Of a DNA stretch of 64,000 bases, positions 51,083 through 64,000 are shown piece by piece. Source of the DNA: Eledone cirrhosa (lineage: Eukaryota). The stretch spans positions 281,046,001-281,110,000 of the forward strand of contig OZ024743.1 in assembly GCA_964016885.1 (NCBI GenBank), written 5' to 3'. Each line of letters starts with the position of its first letter. Within the stretch, counting starts at the first letter, position 1. Below the pieces are notes generated by a model, which ran no database searches, was not told the DNA's origin, and was given only the letters and a program-made list of their open reading frames with translations. The position numbers were made by a program, and so were the translations under genes.

Positions 51083-53480
51083 ATGGATTATTACAACATA
51101 ACCACTTCAACTAAAGACATTCCTATACCTGGTAAATCTGAATTCACCAAACTTCTGATTGAAAAATCTGACTCCTTTATGAGAAGGCTTAGATGGATAG
51201 CTTTTTTCCACGACCAGCGCCAAAAAGAAAATTTCTATACTAAGGAACATAACTTTCTTGATCATTTATTTAACTCTAGAAGAAATCCTCCTACCAACAA
51301 AAATCTAGTGCAGTTCGAGGAAAAATTAACTAATATTATAAGAAATCTTAAATTCAAGAGAAACCCTTACAGAGGACAAGAGCACCTTGTAAATCTCAGG
51401 AATACGATTTTAAACCTTAATTCCTCTAAAAATGTCTTAGTCCACTCCGACAAAACTAATCATTTATATGGTGTATCTAGGGATAACTATAATAACCTTA
51501 TCCTTAAGGAACTAAGGAAGAACTATTGTAAAACTAACCATGACAATTTGGAATCTATAAACTTTGAAGCTTCTGAGATTATGGCAAAACTTGGCATTGA
51601 AAAAAGACCGAACCATTCCTCCCAAGAACTCCGAGGATAAATCTCAAGGATCATAAATGTAATTTTCGAACGGAACTACCTGTTAGACTAATCGCCTCCT
51701 CTAAATCAGATCTGGGGGTTGTTAGTAAAGCCATCTTGGATAGAATTATCCCACAGGTTCGTTCTAATTGCTCTATTTCTAACTTAAATTTCTGGTTTGG
51801 TACATCTGAAGTAATTGGCTGGTTCAACAACCTGAATAAGAAAAACAAACAAAAATGTATTCAATTTGATATTGCCAGCTACTATTCTTCTATTTCGCCT
51901 TCACTACTCAACAATGCTCTATCTTTCGCATTTAAATGTTCTGACATCACCACAGATGAACTTCACATCATTCTCACCGCAAGAAAAACCATCTTAGAAT
52001 TCAACAATGAATACTGGACTAGAGCCGATACTTCCAACAACTTTGATATCACAATGGGTGCTTCCGATTCATCGCAATTGACTGATTTGATTGGTATTTT
52101 TATTTTGAATTCTTTAAATCGGAAAATTCCTCAATTTCGCGGTGGATTTTATCGTGACGATGGACTTTTTACTATCTTAAATTGCAATTTAGTTAACCTT
52201 AATATTATTAAGAACAATATACGTGATCTCTTTAAGCAACATAACCTTAAAATTGAATTTGATAACAACGTCAAACTAGCTAACCTCTTGGATATGTCCC
52301 TTAATCTTGACACTGGCCTATATTACCCGTACCATAAAAACAATGAGAATCTAAATTATGTTAATTTTAAATCTAACCACCCCACTAACATTAAAAATGC
52401 TATGGTCAGTAATATTGGAAAAAGAATATCAAACCTATCTAATAAAAAATATCTTCGATGCTAACGCCAATTACTATAATAATGCGCTTTCTAAAGCCGA
52501 TTATCCTGATAAAATTAAATACAGTAAATAAACCAATCCTAGAAGGTCTTACAGTAAAATAATTAATTATGATCATTCCAATAACTTAAATAAAAGACCT
52601 AGATACAAAAATATAATCTTCTATATTGCTCCTTTCTCTATTTCTATTAATAATAATATTCCTAAACTATTCTTTATGGCCTTAGATAAATGCTTCCCTC
52701 CCTCACATATCTATAGTAAAATCTTTAACAAACATACAATAACATTTTCCTATTCCACCTCCTCCAACATCTCTAACATTATCTCTAAACACAACAATAA
52801 AATATTAAATATTAAATCACATCCTTCCAACACTGAGCGTCATAATAATAGCAGTAGTACTCCCGACGTCATTGTTAACTCTAGGCTAGATTCTGCATAC
52901 TCAAATACGACGTCAAATGTAACTTCGTTGAATGTTCATAATACCAATCTAAATCAGGAAACTATTATTCCTATCGTAAATAACTTCTCCAATCCAATTC
53001 CTCCTATAAATAACACTAGGTCACTTGTTAATAACTCTGTTAATTTCTCTAATCGCAATTGTAATTGCCCTGTTAGAACTAAATGTCCTCTCAATAACCA
53101 TTGTCTTGATAAAAACTTAGTCTATGAATGTAAGGTTACCAATTCCTTTACCTATTTCGGTTCCACTTCCACCTCCTTCAAAGCTAGATTTTATAATCAC
53201 AATTCGTCTTTTAAATACCAACTTAAAAGAACTAACACGGCACTCTCATAACCATATGGTCCTTGAAAGCGAAAATATTAACTATAACATCTCTTGGAGA
53301 AAAGTTTGTTCTACTTCTCCCTACTTGAATGCCTCCCTATCCAGAACATGTAATCTTTGCCTAGCTGAGAAATTTACCATTATATCTAATTTCAATTCCA
53401 TAATAAATAGACGCACTGATTTTTTTTTCTCTCTGCTTGCATAAATTCCTCAGAACATTCCATAAAGTATACAGCTAATA
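51083..53480 (+). pseudogene. PLE2 RT + GIY-YIG ORF with frameshifts (~51610, ~52450, ~53250, ~53425) and a TAA stop (~52530)
   Basis: N-terminus STKDIPIP....F...LIEK.DSFMRRLRW.AFF typical of Naiads; SDKT, QFDIASYYSSI, FDITMGASD, FYRDDGL, CNC....CPL...C, LVY..YFG...FKAR..NH.SSF, CNLCLAEK..I. Confidence 0.92.
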
Positions 53481-54622
53481 TCTAATACCTTACTAGTTTA
53501 AAATCCTTTTTCTTAAAAATATACCCATTTTCTACCTTATTTCAATATTATTTATTATATATTATATAATACAAGTTACTCATTCTATATCATTCCTCTT
53601 TATCACTTTCCTTTCTTCCTCTTTTCTTTTTAATTTCTAACCTCTAATCTGTACTTTTTCTTCCTAACTACTTCTCAATTCTTATTATTACTCACCACAA
53701 CATTATCCATTCTTCCATCTTTCCTCATATCATTGGCCATAAAAATTATTATTATTTTTTTAATACATTATAGTATTACCTTTAATAGTCCTTCGTAAAC
53801 ATAAACATTTTTTTTACGTTAGATTTTTCTTCATTAAGTTCCTTATCTCATCCTTTCATGCTCGTTTGACTTTTACATATTACAATACATAAAAACAAAC
53901 TTAAACCCTAACTAATTTCTTTTAATATATTATATTATTACCATTAGAAAATATTTCGTAAACATATATATTTTTTATGTTAGATATTTTCTTCCTTAAA
54001 CATTCTTTTCTTCTTTGCTTTCTGCGCTCATTTTTAAACAAACTATTTACGTACACGTATTACGCACACATATTAAATTACATAAAAACAAACTTAAACA
54101 CTAACTAATTCCTCTAAATTCATAACTCATTCATTCTTCTACTTCTTTTCACATTATATCCTTAATAACATTAATATTTTTATTTTAATAATACATATTA
54201 ATAATTTCTTTTCCTCGCACAAATTATTAATATACAATATACAAACCTTAATTTAATATTATTCTTAATCCCTTTTTCTCTTCATGCATAAACCTCATTA
54301 ACTTTTAATTTCAAATTCTTTTAAATTATCTATTATCTTCCAACGGCTTTTTAACTTCTCTCTGTGAGACAATATTTTTTTTTCTCAGTTGTAAAGACTA
54401 TCTCTCTCTCTCTTTATCACCCATCTCTCCTCCTCTCTCATCCTTCCTCCTTATACTCCTTCCCCACCATTCTTTACTCTCATCTCCTCCTCTTCCTTAC
54501 CTTTTCCAACCCCCCACCTCACTTTTTCCCAATCTCATACATCAATCTTAAATTATTTGTTCATATGTTGATTTAAAACTTCACTATTCACAAGTGTTTT
54601 TTAAGCTTCATATCATGTATCC

Positions 54623-54693
54623 TATTTTATCTGATGAAAACGCAGATATCATTCCATGATGATATTTGTTTTTTAAATGCGCGTAATAAAATA
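54623..54693 (+). ncRNA. PLE2 pLTR hammerhead, probably inactivated (GAAA to UAAA)
   Basis: uauuuuau-CUGAUGA-aaacgcagauauca..ugauauuuguuuuu-UAAA-ugcgcg-UA-auaaaaua. Confidence 0.75.
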
Positions 54694-54802
54694 CTTGGAA
54701 CTCTTTTAACCATCTTTTGATCATATATAATATATATATAAACATATATACATATGTATATATGTATATATATATATATATATATACATATATACATATG
54801 TA

Positions 54803-54886
<84 letters not shown>

Positions 54887-54944
54887 TATGTATATATGTA
54901 TATATATACATATATACATATGTATATATGTATATATATGTATA

Positions 54945-55175
54945 TAAAGTATCGTCTTCCTGTCTTCCTCCGGTTGCAACGTTTTTTGAAATATTTACTT
55001 CTGCGTTCACAGATTGACTTTGTTGGTTTCAGAAGATCCCGTTAAGAGTGAAAGCAGCGATTCTTTGCTTAAACTTTAATCTGTTATTTTAATAAATATT
55101 TGCTCTACGGTTCTTATATATTTGATATATGTTTATCCTTATCGAGCCCTCTTTGGATTTTAGTCTTATTATTAT

Positions 55176-55180
<5 letters not shown>
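54945..55180 (+). mobile_element. PLE1-family pLTR fragment (family C)
   Basis: Reverse complement of 11080-11320, ending at the same 3' terminus (ttattattacta). Confidence 0.9.
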
Positions 55181-55246
<66 letters not shown>

Positions 55247-55413
55247 TATACATATATATATATATATACATATATATACATTTATATATATACCTATATA
55301 TATATACATATACATATATATATACATTTATATATATACATATATATATACATATACATATATATACATTTATATATATACATATATATATATATACATA
55401 TACATATATATAC

Positions 55414-55452
<39 letters not shown>

Positions 55453-55725
55453 TATACATTTATATATGTATACATATATATACATTTATATATATATATA
55501 TACATATATATACATTTATATATGTATACATATATATACATTTATATATATATATACATTTATATATATATATACATATATATACATATATATATACATA
55601 TATATATACATCATCATCATCATCATCATCATCATCGTTTAACGTCCATCTTCCACGCTAGCATGGGTTTGGATGCATATAAATATATATATACATATAT
55701 ATACATTTATATATATATCTATATA

Positions 55726-55765
<40 letters not shown>

Positions 55766-55777
55766 TATACATTTATA

Positions 55778-56790
55778 TAAACGGAAAAAATGAAACGATA
55801 TTTCATTTCCCACTCTTAGTACGGCTGTTACTTAAATATAAGTATGTACACGTACATACATATATGTATACCGACGTACAGTAGTATGTATATATATATA
55901 CATACATGCACACATATATATATGCACGTATGGATTCACCAAACATTTATTATAATGCTCGGTGTGTTTGTAAACAAACATCCCGTATTAAGCCGTAGTG
56001 TCTAGCAACCACTGTTGCTCGTTTGTTCAACACTGACAAAGGAACGCTGTACTAGTTTCAAGCTTGTTAGCTATCGTCAGCAACGTATACCTTCCTGCCA
56101 GATTGTTGAACATATATACTTACCTTATGCATATTAACGGCTGAGTAGCCCAATTTGCATATCGAGTGGGTTAATCGGCCGGGTGCACCGAAAACGATAA
56201 ACGGAAAAAATGAAACGATATTTCATTTCCCACTCTTAGTACGGCTGTTACTTAAATATAAGTATGTACACGTACATACATATATGTATACCGACGTACA
56301 GTAGTATGTATATATATATACATACATGCACACATATATATATATGCACGTATGGATTCACCGAACATTTATTATAACGCTCGGTGTGTTTGTAAACAAA
56401 CATCCCGTTTCATTTTTTCCGTTTATCGTTTTCGGTGCACCCGGCCGATTAACCCACTCGATATGCAAATTGGGCTACTCAGCCGTTAATATGCATAAGG
56501 TAAGTATATATGTTCAACAATCTGGCAGGAAGGTATACGTTGCTGACGATAGCTAACAAGCTTGAAACTAGTACAGCGTTCCTTTGTCAGTGTTGAACAA
56601 ACGAGCAACGGTGGTTGCTAGACACTACGGCTAAATACGGGATGTTTGTTTACAAACACACCGAGCATTATAATAAATGTTCGGTGAATCCATACGTGCA
56701 TATATATATGTGTGCATGTATGTATATATATATATACATACTACTGTACGTCGGTATACATATATGTATGTACGTGTACATACTTATACA
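55778..56790. mobile_element. Family A foldback, copy 3 (420-bp monomer)
   Basis: acggaaaaaatgaaacg at 55781 and 56201. Inversion junction ~56405 with CGT microhomology. Hammerheads at ~56044-56086 (-) and 56537-56579 (+). Confidence 0.92.
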
Positions 56791-57119
56791 TTTATATATA
56801 TATCTATATATGTATATATATATACATATATATACATCTATATATATATAGAGAGAGAGATAGAGAGAGAATTGTATAAGTATGTATATGTATATAAATA
56901 TATTATGTGTGTATGTGTATGAGGGGCTTGTTATGTCCCTGGAGAGGTTAAAGATTAAATCCGATATAATTTCTGTTATTTCTTTCTCTGTGTAACAAGT
57001 TGTTTATTTACTTCGCATGCAAACTGACGGAGGTTCAATCGATCAACCTTGCAGACGATAACCGAGTACCAATCCGATCTTTACGTCCAATTCACTAATG
57101 TGGTAGTTCCGGGGTGGAG

Positions 57120-58157
57120 GGTGAGTGGTGGTGGGGGGGGGGGGGGGGTTATAGTGGTGGGAGTGGTGATGGTGGTGGTGGTGGTGGTGGTTAATGTGAT
57201 AGTGGGGGGGGGACGTAGTGGTGGTGGTGGTGGATGTGGTAGTGGTGGTGGTGGTGATGGTGGTGGTTGATGTGGTAATGGTGGTGGATGTGGTAGTGGT
57301 GGTGGTGGTGATAGTGGTGGTTGATGTGGTAATAGTGGTGGATGTGGTAGTGGTGGTGGTGGTGATGGTGGCGGTTGATGTGGTAGTGGTGGTGGTGGTG
57401 GATGTGGTTGTGGTGGGGGTGGTAGTGGTGGTGGATGTGGTAGTGGTGGTGGTGGTGGTGGTGATGGTGGTGGTTGATGTGGTAGTGGTGGTGGATGTGG
57501 TAGTGGTGGTGGTGGTGATGGTGGTGGTTGATGTGATAGTGGTGGTCGTGGTGGATGTGGTTGTGGTGGGGGTGGTAGTGGTGGTGGATGTGGTAGTGGT
57601 GGTGGTGGTGATGGTGGTGGTTGATGTGGTAATGGTGGTGGATGTGGTAGTGGTGGTGGTGGTGATGGTGGTGATGGTGGTGGTTGATGTGATAGTGGTG
57701 GTCGTGGTGGATGTGGTTGTGGTGGGGGTGGTAGTGGTGGTGGATGTGGTAGTGGTGGTGGTGGTGATGGTGGTGGTTGATGTGGTAATGGTGGTGGATG
57801 TGGTAGTGGTGGTGGTGGTGATGGTGGTGGTTGATGTGGTAATGGTGGTGGATGTGGTAGTGGTGGTGGTGGTGATGGTGGTGGTTGATGTGATAGTGGT
57901 GGTCGTGGTGGATGTGGTTGTGGTGGGGGTGGTAGTGGTGGTGGATGTGGTAGTGGTGGTGGTGGTGGTGATGGTGGTGGTTGATGTGGTAATGGTGGTG
58001 GATGTGGTAGTGGTGGTGGTGGTGATGGTGGTGGTTGATGTGGTAGTGGTGGTGGATGTGGTAGTGGTGGTGGTGGTGATGGTGGTGGTTGATGTGGTAA
58101 TGGTGGTGGATGTGGTAGTGGTGGTGGTGGTTGATGTGGTAGTGGTGGTGGTGGTGA
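57120..58157. repeat. (GGT)n-derived minisatellite with higher-order repetition
   Basis: Directly visible; gives the poly-V and poly-G ORFs. Confidence 0.9.
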
Positions 58158-58384
58158 TAAAAACTAGGAGAATTAGTTTGATAAGAGTTATGTTAAGTTA
58201 CTATTGCCGTTACTACTGTTGTTGCTGCCGGTGATGTTGTTACTGCTACAAAATTCTGTTTATCAATATATACAAAGAAAAACAATTTTCTATCTTCAGT
58301 AGGTTACTGATATTTTGTTTGGTTTATATAAAATGTACTTTAGTTGAGGCTTCTGTCACAATTTGTTAGTGTTGTACTGAGTAT

Positions 58385-58590
58385 TCAAGTTGTTTGATCA
58401 AAGGAATAGCCCGCTCGTGAAATTAATGTTCTAGTGACATACCCTTAACATATATCTCAGGAAGATTCAGCATGACACAGTACATGATAAGGTAGGCTCT
58501 TTCAATTACAGATGAGTGGACTGGAGCAATATGAAATAGTATAATGTTCAGGGACACAGCGCGCAGCCAGGAATCCAACTAAGAGCCATA
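58385..58590 (-). mobile_element. Decayed CORE-type tRNA SINE (related piece at 58740-58900, plus strand)
   Basis: gagtggactggagcaatatgaaata...cagggacacagcgcgcagccaggaatccaac, the inverse of a B-box and CORE-like segment. Confidence 0.55.
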
Positions 58591-59029
58591 CCTTCACTAA
58601 CTTGTATAGCAGATATGGTTGAATGGTGGTCGTGGTAAGGTATGTGTTTGTTTTTCTTACTTTATTCACCCACGTTTTTTAATGATTTCTAAATGAAAAC
58701 GATATTTTTTTCCACGTCAACCAATCAGAAAGGCACGCGAAGGCACGTGACTTAGTGCTTTAGAGAACAGAAATCGCAATCGTGAGATTGCGAATTCGAT
58801 TCTCGAACCAAGCAAAGCGTTATGTCCGTGTGCAAAACATTTTATTTCACGCTGCTCTTTCTGGCAGGAGTTGCGACATGTAGATGGTATCTGCAATGGA
58901 AACATTGTTACCTTGGTCCGATTTGACGAGTTCCGCCTCACTTGGTAAGTCAATGAGAAAAAAACAAAAGAAACGGCCGTGCTCACGCGTGAAAGTCGTT
59001 TAGATCAAGTGATGTCTGTGCTTGAAGCA

Positions 59030-59240
59030 TTTTTAAGTGAAGAAAGGTCTTACACTGGACCAATCCCACTCTCTGAAGAACAGTGACAGCTATCCAAAAA
59101 GAACAGGTCAGCATCATTGGTTGCCATAGAGTCGCAGGTTTTACATCAAAGTTTTCTTTATCCTAATAGAGGTCTCTCACTCCCGGTGGGATAACCGCGC
59201 GCTGGGGCACCAAACTGAGAATTCCCATGTCCTCGCACAT
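59030..59240 (-). mobile_element. Diverged fragment of the 40-41.7 kb RTE-derived family
   Basis: ccaatcccactctctga, catcattggtt and cactcccggtgg..taaccgcgc are shared with 40845-41025; adjacent CATA repeats. Confidence 0.65.
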
Positions 59241-60039
59241 ACATACAAACATACATATTTGTGTGTGTGTGTGTGTGTGTATTAATATATATAATTGTTT
59301 CTACTTTTGGCACAAGGCCAGCAATTATCCCAGTGTATTACTGGTACTTTATTTTATCGACCCCGTAAAGATGAAAGGCAAAGTTAACCTATTATATTAT
59401 ATATAATATTCGACAGGCTTTCACACAATCTCAGTCTACCAAGTTCTACTCACGTAACTATAATTGTTTCTACTTTTGGCACAAGGCCAGCAATTATTAC
59501 TGGTATTTTATTTTATCGACCACGTAAGGATAAAAGGCAAAGTTAACCCTGGCGGGATTTGACCTCAAATCATAAAGGACCGTAACTCTTTGCTGCAAAG
59601 CATGGCGTCCGACCCTCTACCGATACTGCTAATCCACCGCCCTCACATAACTATAATAAAGGATTGTTGCTCAAGATGTGGTGCATAGTGGGATTGAACC
59701 GGCAACTGAGTAGCAACCAAACCTAATTATTATCCACATCTCTATATTCTTTTTAAACACTTTATTACTGGTTGCTATTTTATAGTTGATTACATCAACC
59801 CTAGTATTTTTACTGGTATTATTTTTAACGAGGCCGGTGGTGAAGAGAGGGGGTAAAATTAACCTTCGGCAGATTTGTACATAGAACAAAATGGGACAGA
59901 ACAACACATCACAAGGTATTTATGGGGTTTTGTTTGTTTGGGGGGGGGGTATTTTTGTTTTTTGTTAGTTTCTAGTGTTGGTTTTTGAAGGGTGATAGCT
60001 TTACTATACAATTCTGTCCGCCTGTCTGTATGCATGTAT

Positions 60040-60093
<54 letters not shown>

Positions 60094-61073
60094 GTGTGTA
60101 TTTGTCTCCAGTCACGCATTACTTATATGTACAAAACTCATATCTATTATTCTGTTTGTTTATTTCACTGTTTCTTTCAATTTTATGTTATAGTATTCCT
60201 TTATATAATGTATTCCTTTATTTCATGCATTCCTCTATTCGCCCATTCAATGTCTGTTTATGTTCATTTAAAAAATTGTTTTCTTATATATATATATATA
60301 TATTTGTATATACATACATACATACATACATACATACATACAATCATATATGCATCAAAGTTATATATACGTACGTATATGTCTGTGTTTGTGTGTGTCG
60401 AAATATCTAGTTAACGCTGCGAAAACAATTGTTTATCAAATCCATATCGGATAAGCACCATTAAGTGTAAATCTCGCTGAAGGATATAATAATGGTGAAT
60501 GGTGGGAGGAGCGGGTAGGGGAAGTGGATAGGTGGAGGTGAGGGTGTTCAAGCAGCTGTTATAATAGTCGTGACACTCGAGATGCTTGTTTCAAGGTTAC
60601 CTTTTTTTTATTTTCTGAAACACCTTAAAACAACAATGATTCTTGAAGGAAAGGAAGATGGCACCAGCAAACGTCAAACATGCATATGCAAAATAGAAAC
60701 AGTGTATGATTTTAGCAGACGACAGCGACGTGACGTGGATTTAATATCTCAAGAAATATTTTAAGTGGAAAAAGGGAAACAGAGTCCTCAGAACGACCGA
60801 GCAGTCGTAAACTCCGCTTCTTTCCTTTTCATTTATTTTGTATTGATTTTTTTTATATTTCCTTTTGTTTTTCTTTTTGTTGTTGTTGTTGTTTGTACTT
60901 TCTGTATTTTTTATCTTCCTTTAACTCCTTTGCATCATTCTCCCTGCTTCTTCTTCACCACCATTCACTATTTTAACGGTCATTGTGATGGCGATATTAT
61001 GTATGTATGTACATCCATGGATATATACATGCGTGTGCATATGCGCATATATATGCAAACACAAACACACAGA

Positions 61074-61125
<52 letters not shown>

Positions 61126-61349
61126 TTAAAATTAAAATTAAATGAGAAAAAATTTTAATTACTTGAATATATGATAGACGGGAAAATGTTTTCTTCTAAC
61201 TTTGCTTATATACAGATCTCCCTACCATGGTTTCATATGAGGAAGAATTATTATTGGAACTACCAATAATTCAAGAAACGCCATACCCTTCAGGGGCGTT
61301 AGAATTCTTCAAGTCTAAGAGAAATGGAACAAGATATAATACTTAAATT

Positions 61350-62615
61350 CCGATCACGTCCATATACGATAACCTCCACCTCATGGACAGACGGACAGAA
61401 ATCCTTCGCTTGGCAGTGCTACTGAGAGGCACTGCCGGTTCGAGATAAACTCTACAGGCACAGAAGTGTGGTCAGACGGACCTGTCTGAGCTACGAAACT
61501 GTTCTGTACGCACTCCTCCTGTGTCCGAGTATTACTGACTTGTGGAAGTATGTCGAACAGCTGTTATCACGTGTGGGACAGATCCGGCTATCGATCGAGT
61601 CCATCATGAAGATCGACTCACCGCCTTCTTTTATCTAGGAAGAGCAGACAGTTTTCCTCTACCTGGTGGCTGTAGCCACAGAGGTTGTCTGGTGGACGAG
61701 GTTGAAAGGACGGAAGACTGACACTTTTCTCTTCCATCACCAATTTTTCAAGTTTCATTTGGAAAGGAAGGTGAGGGGGAAGAAGGATGTGCTGCTCCTC
61801 TGTACATTTGCTAAAAGGTGGGGGAATGTTGCGATTTGGAGTGGAGAGGGTGAATGTGGCTGATTTAGAGTGGAGAGGGTGAATGTTGCTGATTTGGAGT
61901 GGAGAGGGTGAATGTTGCGATTTGGAGTGGAGAGGGTGAATGTGGCTGATTTAGAGTGGAGAGGGTGAATGTTGCTGATTTGGAGTGGAGAGGGTGAATG
62001 TTGCGATTTGGAGTGGAGAGGGTGAATGTGGCTGATTTGGAGTGGAGAGGGTGAATGTTGCGATTTGGAGTGGAGAGGGTGAATGTTGCTGATTTGGAGT
62101 GGAGAGGGTGAATGTGGCTGATTTGGAGTGGAGAGGGTGAATGTTGCGATTTGGAGTGGAGAGGGTGAATGTGGCTGATTTGGAGTGGAGAGGGTTAATG
62201 TTGCGATTTGGAGTGGAGAGGGTGAATGTTGCGATTTGGAGTGGAGAGGGTTAAATTCGCTGATTTGGAGTGGAGAGGGTTAATGTTGCTGATTTGGAGT
62301 GGAGAGGGTGAATGTTGCGATTTGGAGTGGAGAGGGTTAAATTCGCTGATTTGGAGTGGAGAGGGTTAATGTTGCTGATTCGGGGTGGAGAGGGCACCCT
62401 ACTCGCCTGTTCTTGAAGCGCCGGGTGTTTCAGGATTGGTCGGGTCCTTGAGTCGCCCCTGGATGGTTCTTCCCACCACCCCTATTGGAGAATTTGTATT
62501 GTTATAATGTTATTGCTTTTTATATTGTTTACTCGATTTTTCTGTAAATCCCCCACTGTCTCTGTTTTTGTATTACTCGCAATATGTCGGCCCTTGTGGC
62601 CAATAAAGAAATCAT
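61350..62615 (+). mobile_element. L1/Tx1-like LINE 3' remnant
   Basis: RSIYDNLHLM (RT piece); W....ALPVRDKL....C...ETVLYALLLCP....LW (C-terminal cysteine-rich domain); 3' UTR with AATAAA. Confidence 0.75.
61825..62395. repeat. 28/29-bp minisatellite (gaatgttgc[t]gatttggagtggagagggt), ~20 units
   Basis: Directly visible, inside the LINE remnant. Confidence 0.95.
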
Positions 62616-62968
62616 TTTTTTTTTTATTAATGTTATTCATTAGACCAAGGTTAATATGTGAAGTGAAGCTGAAATAGGACGGGGTGGGTAGATATTGAAG
62701 GCACTAGAATTGTAACGCCATTATTGATATAACAAGCACATCAACATCAGTATCATCATCATTAACACCAGCCAACAGCAGCAGCAGCAGCTTCCCTATC
62801 ATCATCATCATCATCATCATCACGTTTACCAACCCCTGCAGCAGCAGCAATGGCATTATTATTGTCACCGCTATCGACTTGATCATTATCATATCCAAGA
62901 ACATCAGCATCAGCATCAACATCTACATTGTCGTCATCTCAGTTTCTGTCATTATCCCCGTCACCCTC

Positions 62969-63000
<32 letters not shown>

Positions 63001-63202
63001 CATCATCACTATCAACATCATGTTTATCATCACCATCATCACTACGATTGTCAAATCAGCCTCTCACCTCATCATCAATTTCAATGTCCTCAGCAGCAGA
63101 AGTAGCAACAGTAATAGCAGCGATAGTACCACACCATTGTATCATCAACAACCACACCATTTCTACATTCCTCCTTCTGTCCATTACCGTTATCACCATC
63201 GC

Positions 63203-63705
63203 CACCATAGCCATCCATATCATCACCATAGCCATCCATATCATCACCATAGCCATCCATATCATCACCATAGCCATCCATATCATCAACATAGCCATCC
63301 ATATCATCAACATAGCCATCCATATCATCACTATAGCCATCCATATCATCACTATAGCCATCCATATCATCACTATAGCCATCCATATCATCACTATAGC
63401 CATCCTTATCATCACCATAGCCATCCATATCATCACCATCATCCATATCATCACCATAGCCATCCATATCATCACCATAGCCATCCTTATCATCACCATA
63501 GCCATCCATATCATCACCATCATCCATATCATCACCATAGCCATCCATATCATCACCATAGCCATCCTTATCATCACCATAGCCATCCATATCATCACCA
63601 TCATCCATATCATCACCATAGCCATCCATATCATCACCATAGCCATCCATATCATCACCATAGCCATCCATATCATCACCATAGCCATCCATATCATCAT
63701 CATCA
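63203..63705. repeat. 21-bp minisatellite (catagccatccatatcatcac)n with 18-bp variants
   Basis: Directly visible, embedded in a degenerate (ATC)n region. Confidence 0.95.
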
Positions 63706-64000
63706 CCATCATCACAGCATTGCAACTTATTTTTCTGAACGCAGACAGCTGAAACAACCATGGCAACTTTTCTAGCCGACATTCTAACGACTCTACCGCC
63801 ACCTGGTGCAATACACCAACACGATCGTTTCACCGGTTAATCAAGATATCTTCAGACGCCCGGCATACTCGCAGCGAAGTATAAATAATTATGTATTTTC
63901 TAACCTTAAACTTATGCTATAAATTTGAAAGGTCTATGTCCAAACTCAAATGACAATGAGGATAGAGAGGATGTTGTTGTTGTTGTTGATGATGATGATG

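Larger units (their letters stand above)
50823..54722 (+). mobile_element. Penelope-like retroelement 2 (Naiad-type), near full-length, with inverted 5' segment, in (TA)n
   Basis: 50823-50885 is the inverse of 50941-51004. pLTR overlap cttttaaccatctttt at ~50888 and ~54703. ORF from 51083, ~1.2 kb 3' UTR, hammerhead at 54623-54693. Confidence 0.93.

Noticed and set aside
57040-57110. Possible small exon (ttgcag...gtagtt)
   Set aside because: Weak donor site, no polypyrimidine tract, no recognisable peptide.
61825-62395. CRISPR-like 28-29 bp periodicity
   Set aside because: Contiguous repeats without unique spacers; eukaryotic context; no cas genes.

Overview
AT-rich, microsatellite-saturated eukaryotic DNA. 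The repeat landscape and SINE families suggest a cephalopod (Octopus-like) intron or intergenic region; this is inference. No host protein-coding exon could be supported, and almost all ORF-track entries are translations of simple repeats. The real coding remnants are all transposon-derived: two Penelope-like retroelements of the Naiad/Chlamys type (YRDDGL RT plus C-terminal GIY-YIG), an R4/Dong-like and a CRE-like RLE retrotransposon, several RTE and L1/Tx1 LINE pieces, and a mariner. The most striking signal is about ten largely unrelated short non-coding element families sitting inside (TA)n tracts. Most are head-to-head inverted dimers (foldbacks) and most carry a type-I hammerhead ribozyme or a recognisable variant core, oriented so that both RNA 3' ends face the flanking (TA)n. 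Several arms are longer than one monomer or circularly permuted. This points to retrozyme-like (possibly circular) RNAs that are reverse-transcribed from both ends of a (TA)n break by the co-resident Penelope-like machinery. All folds and alignments were done by eye and coordinates are approximate to a few bases.
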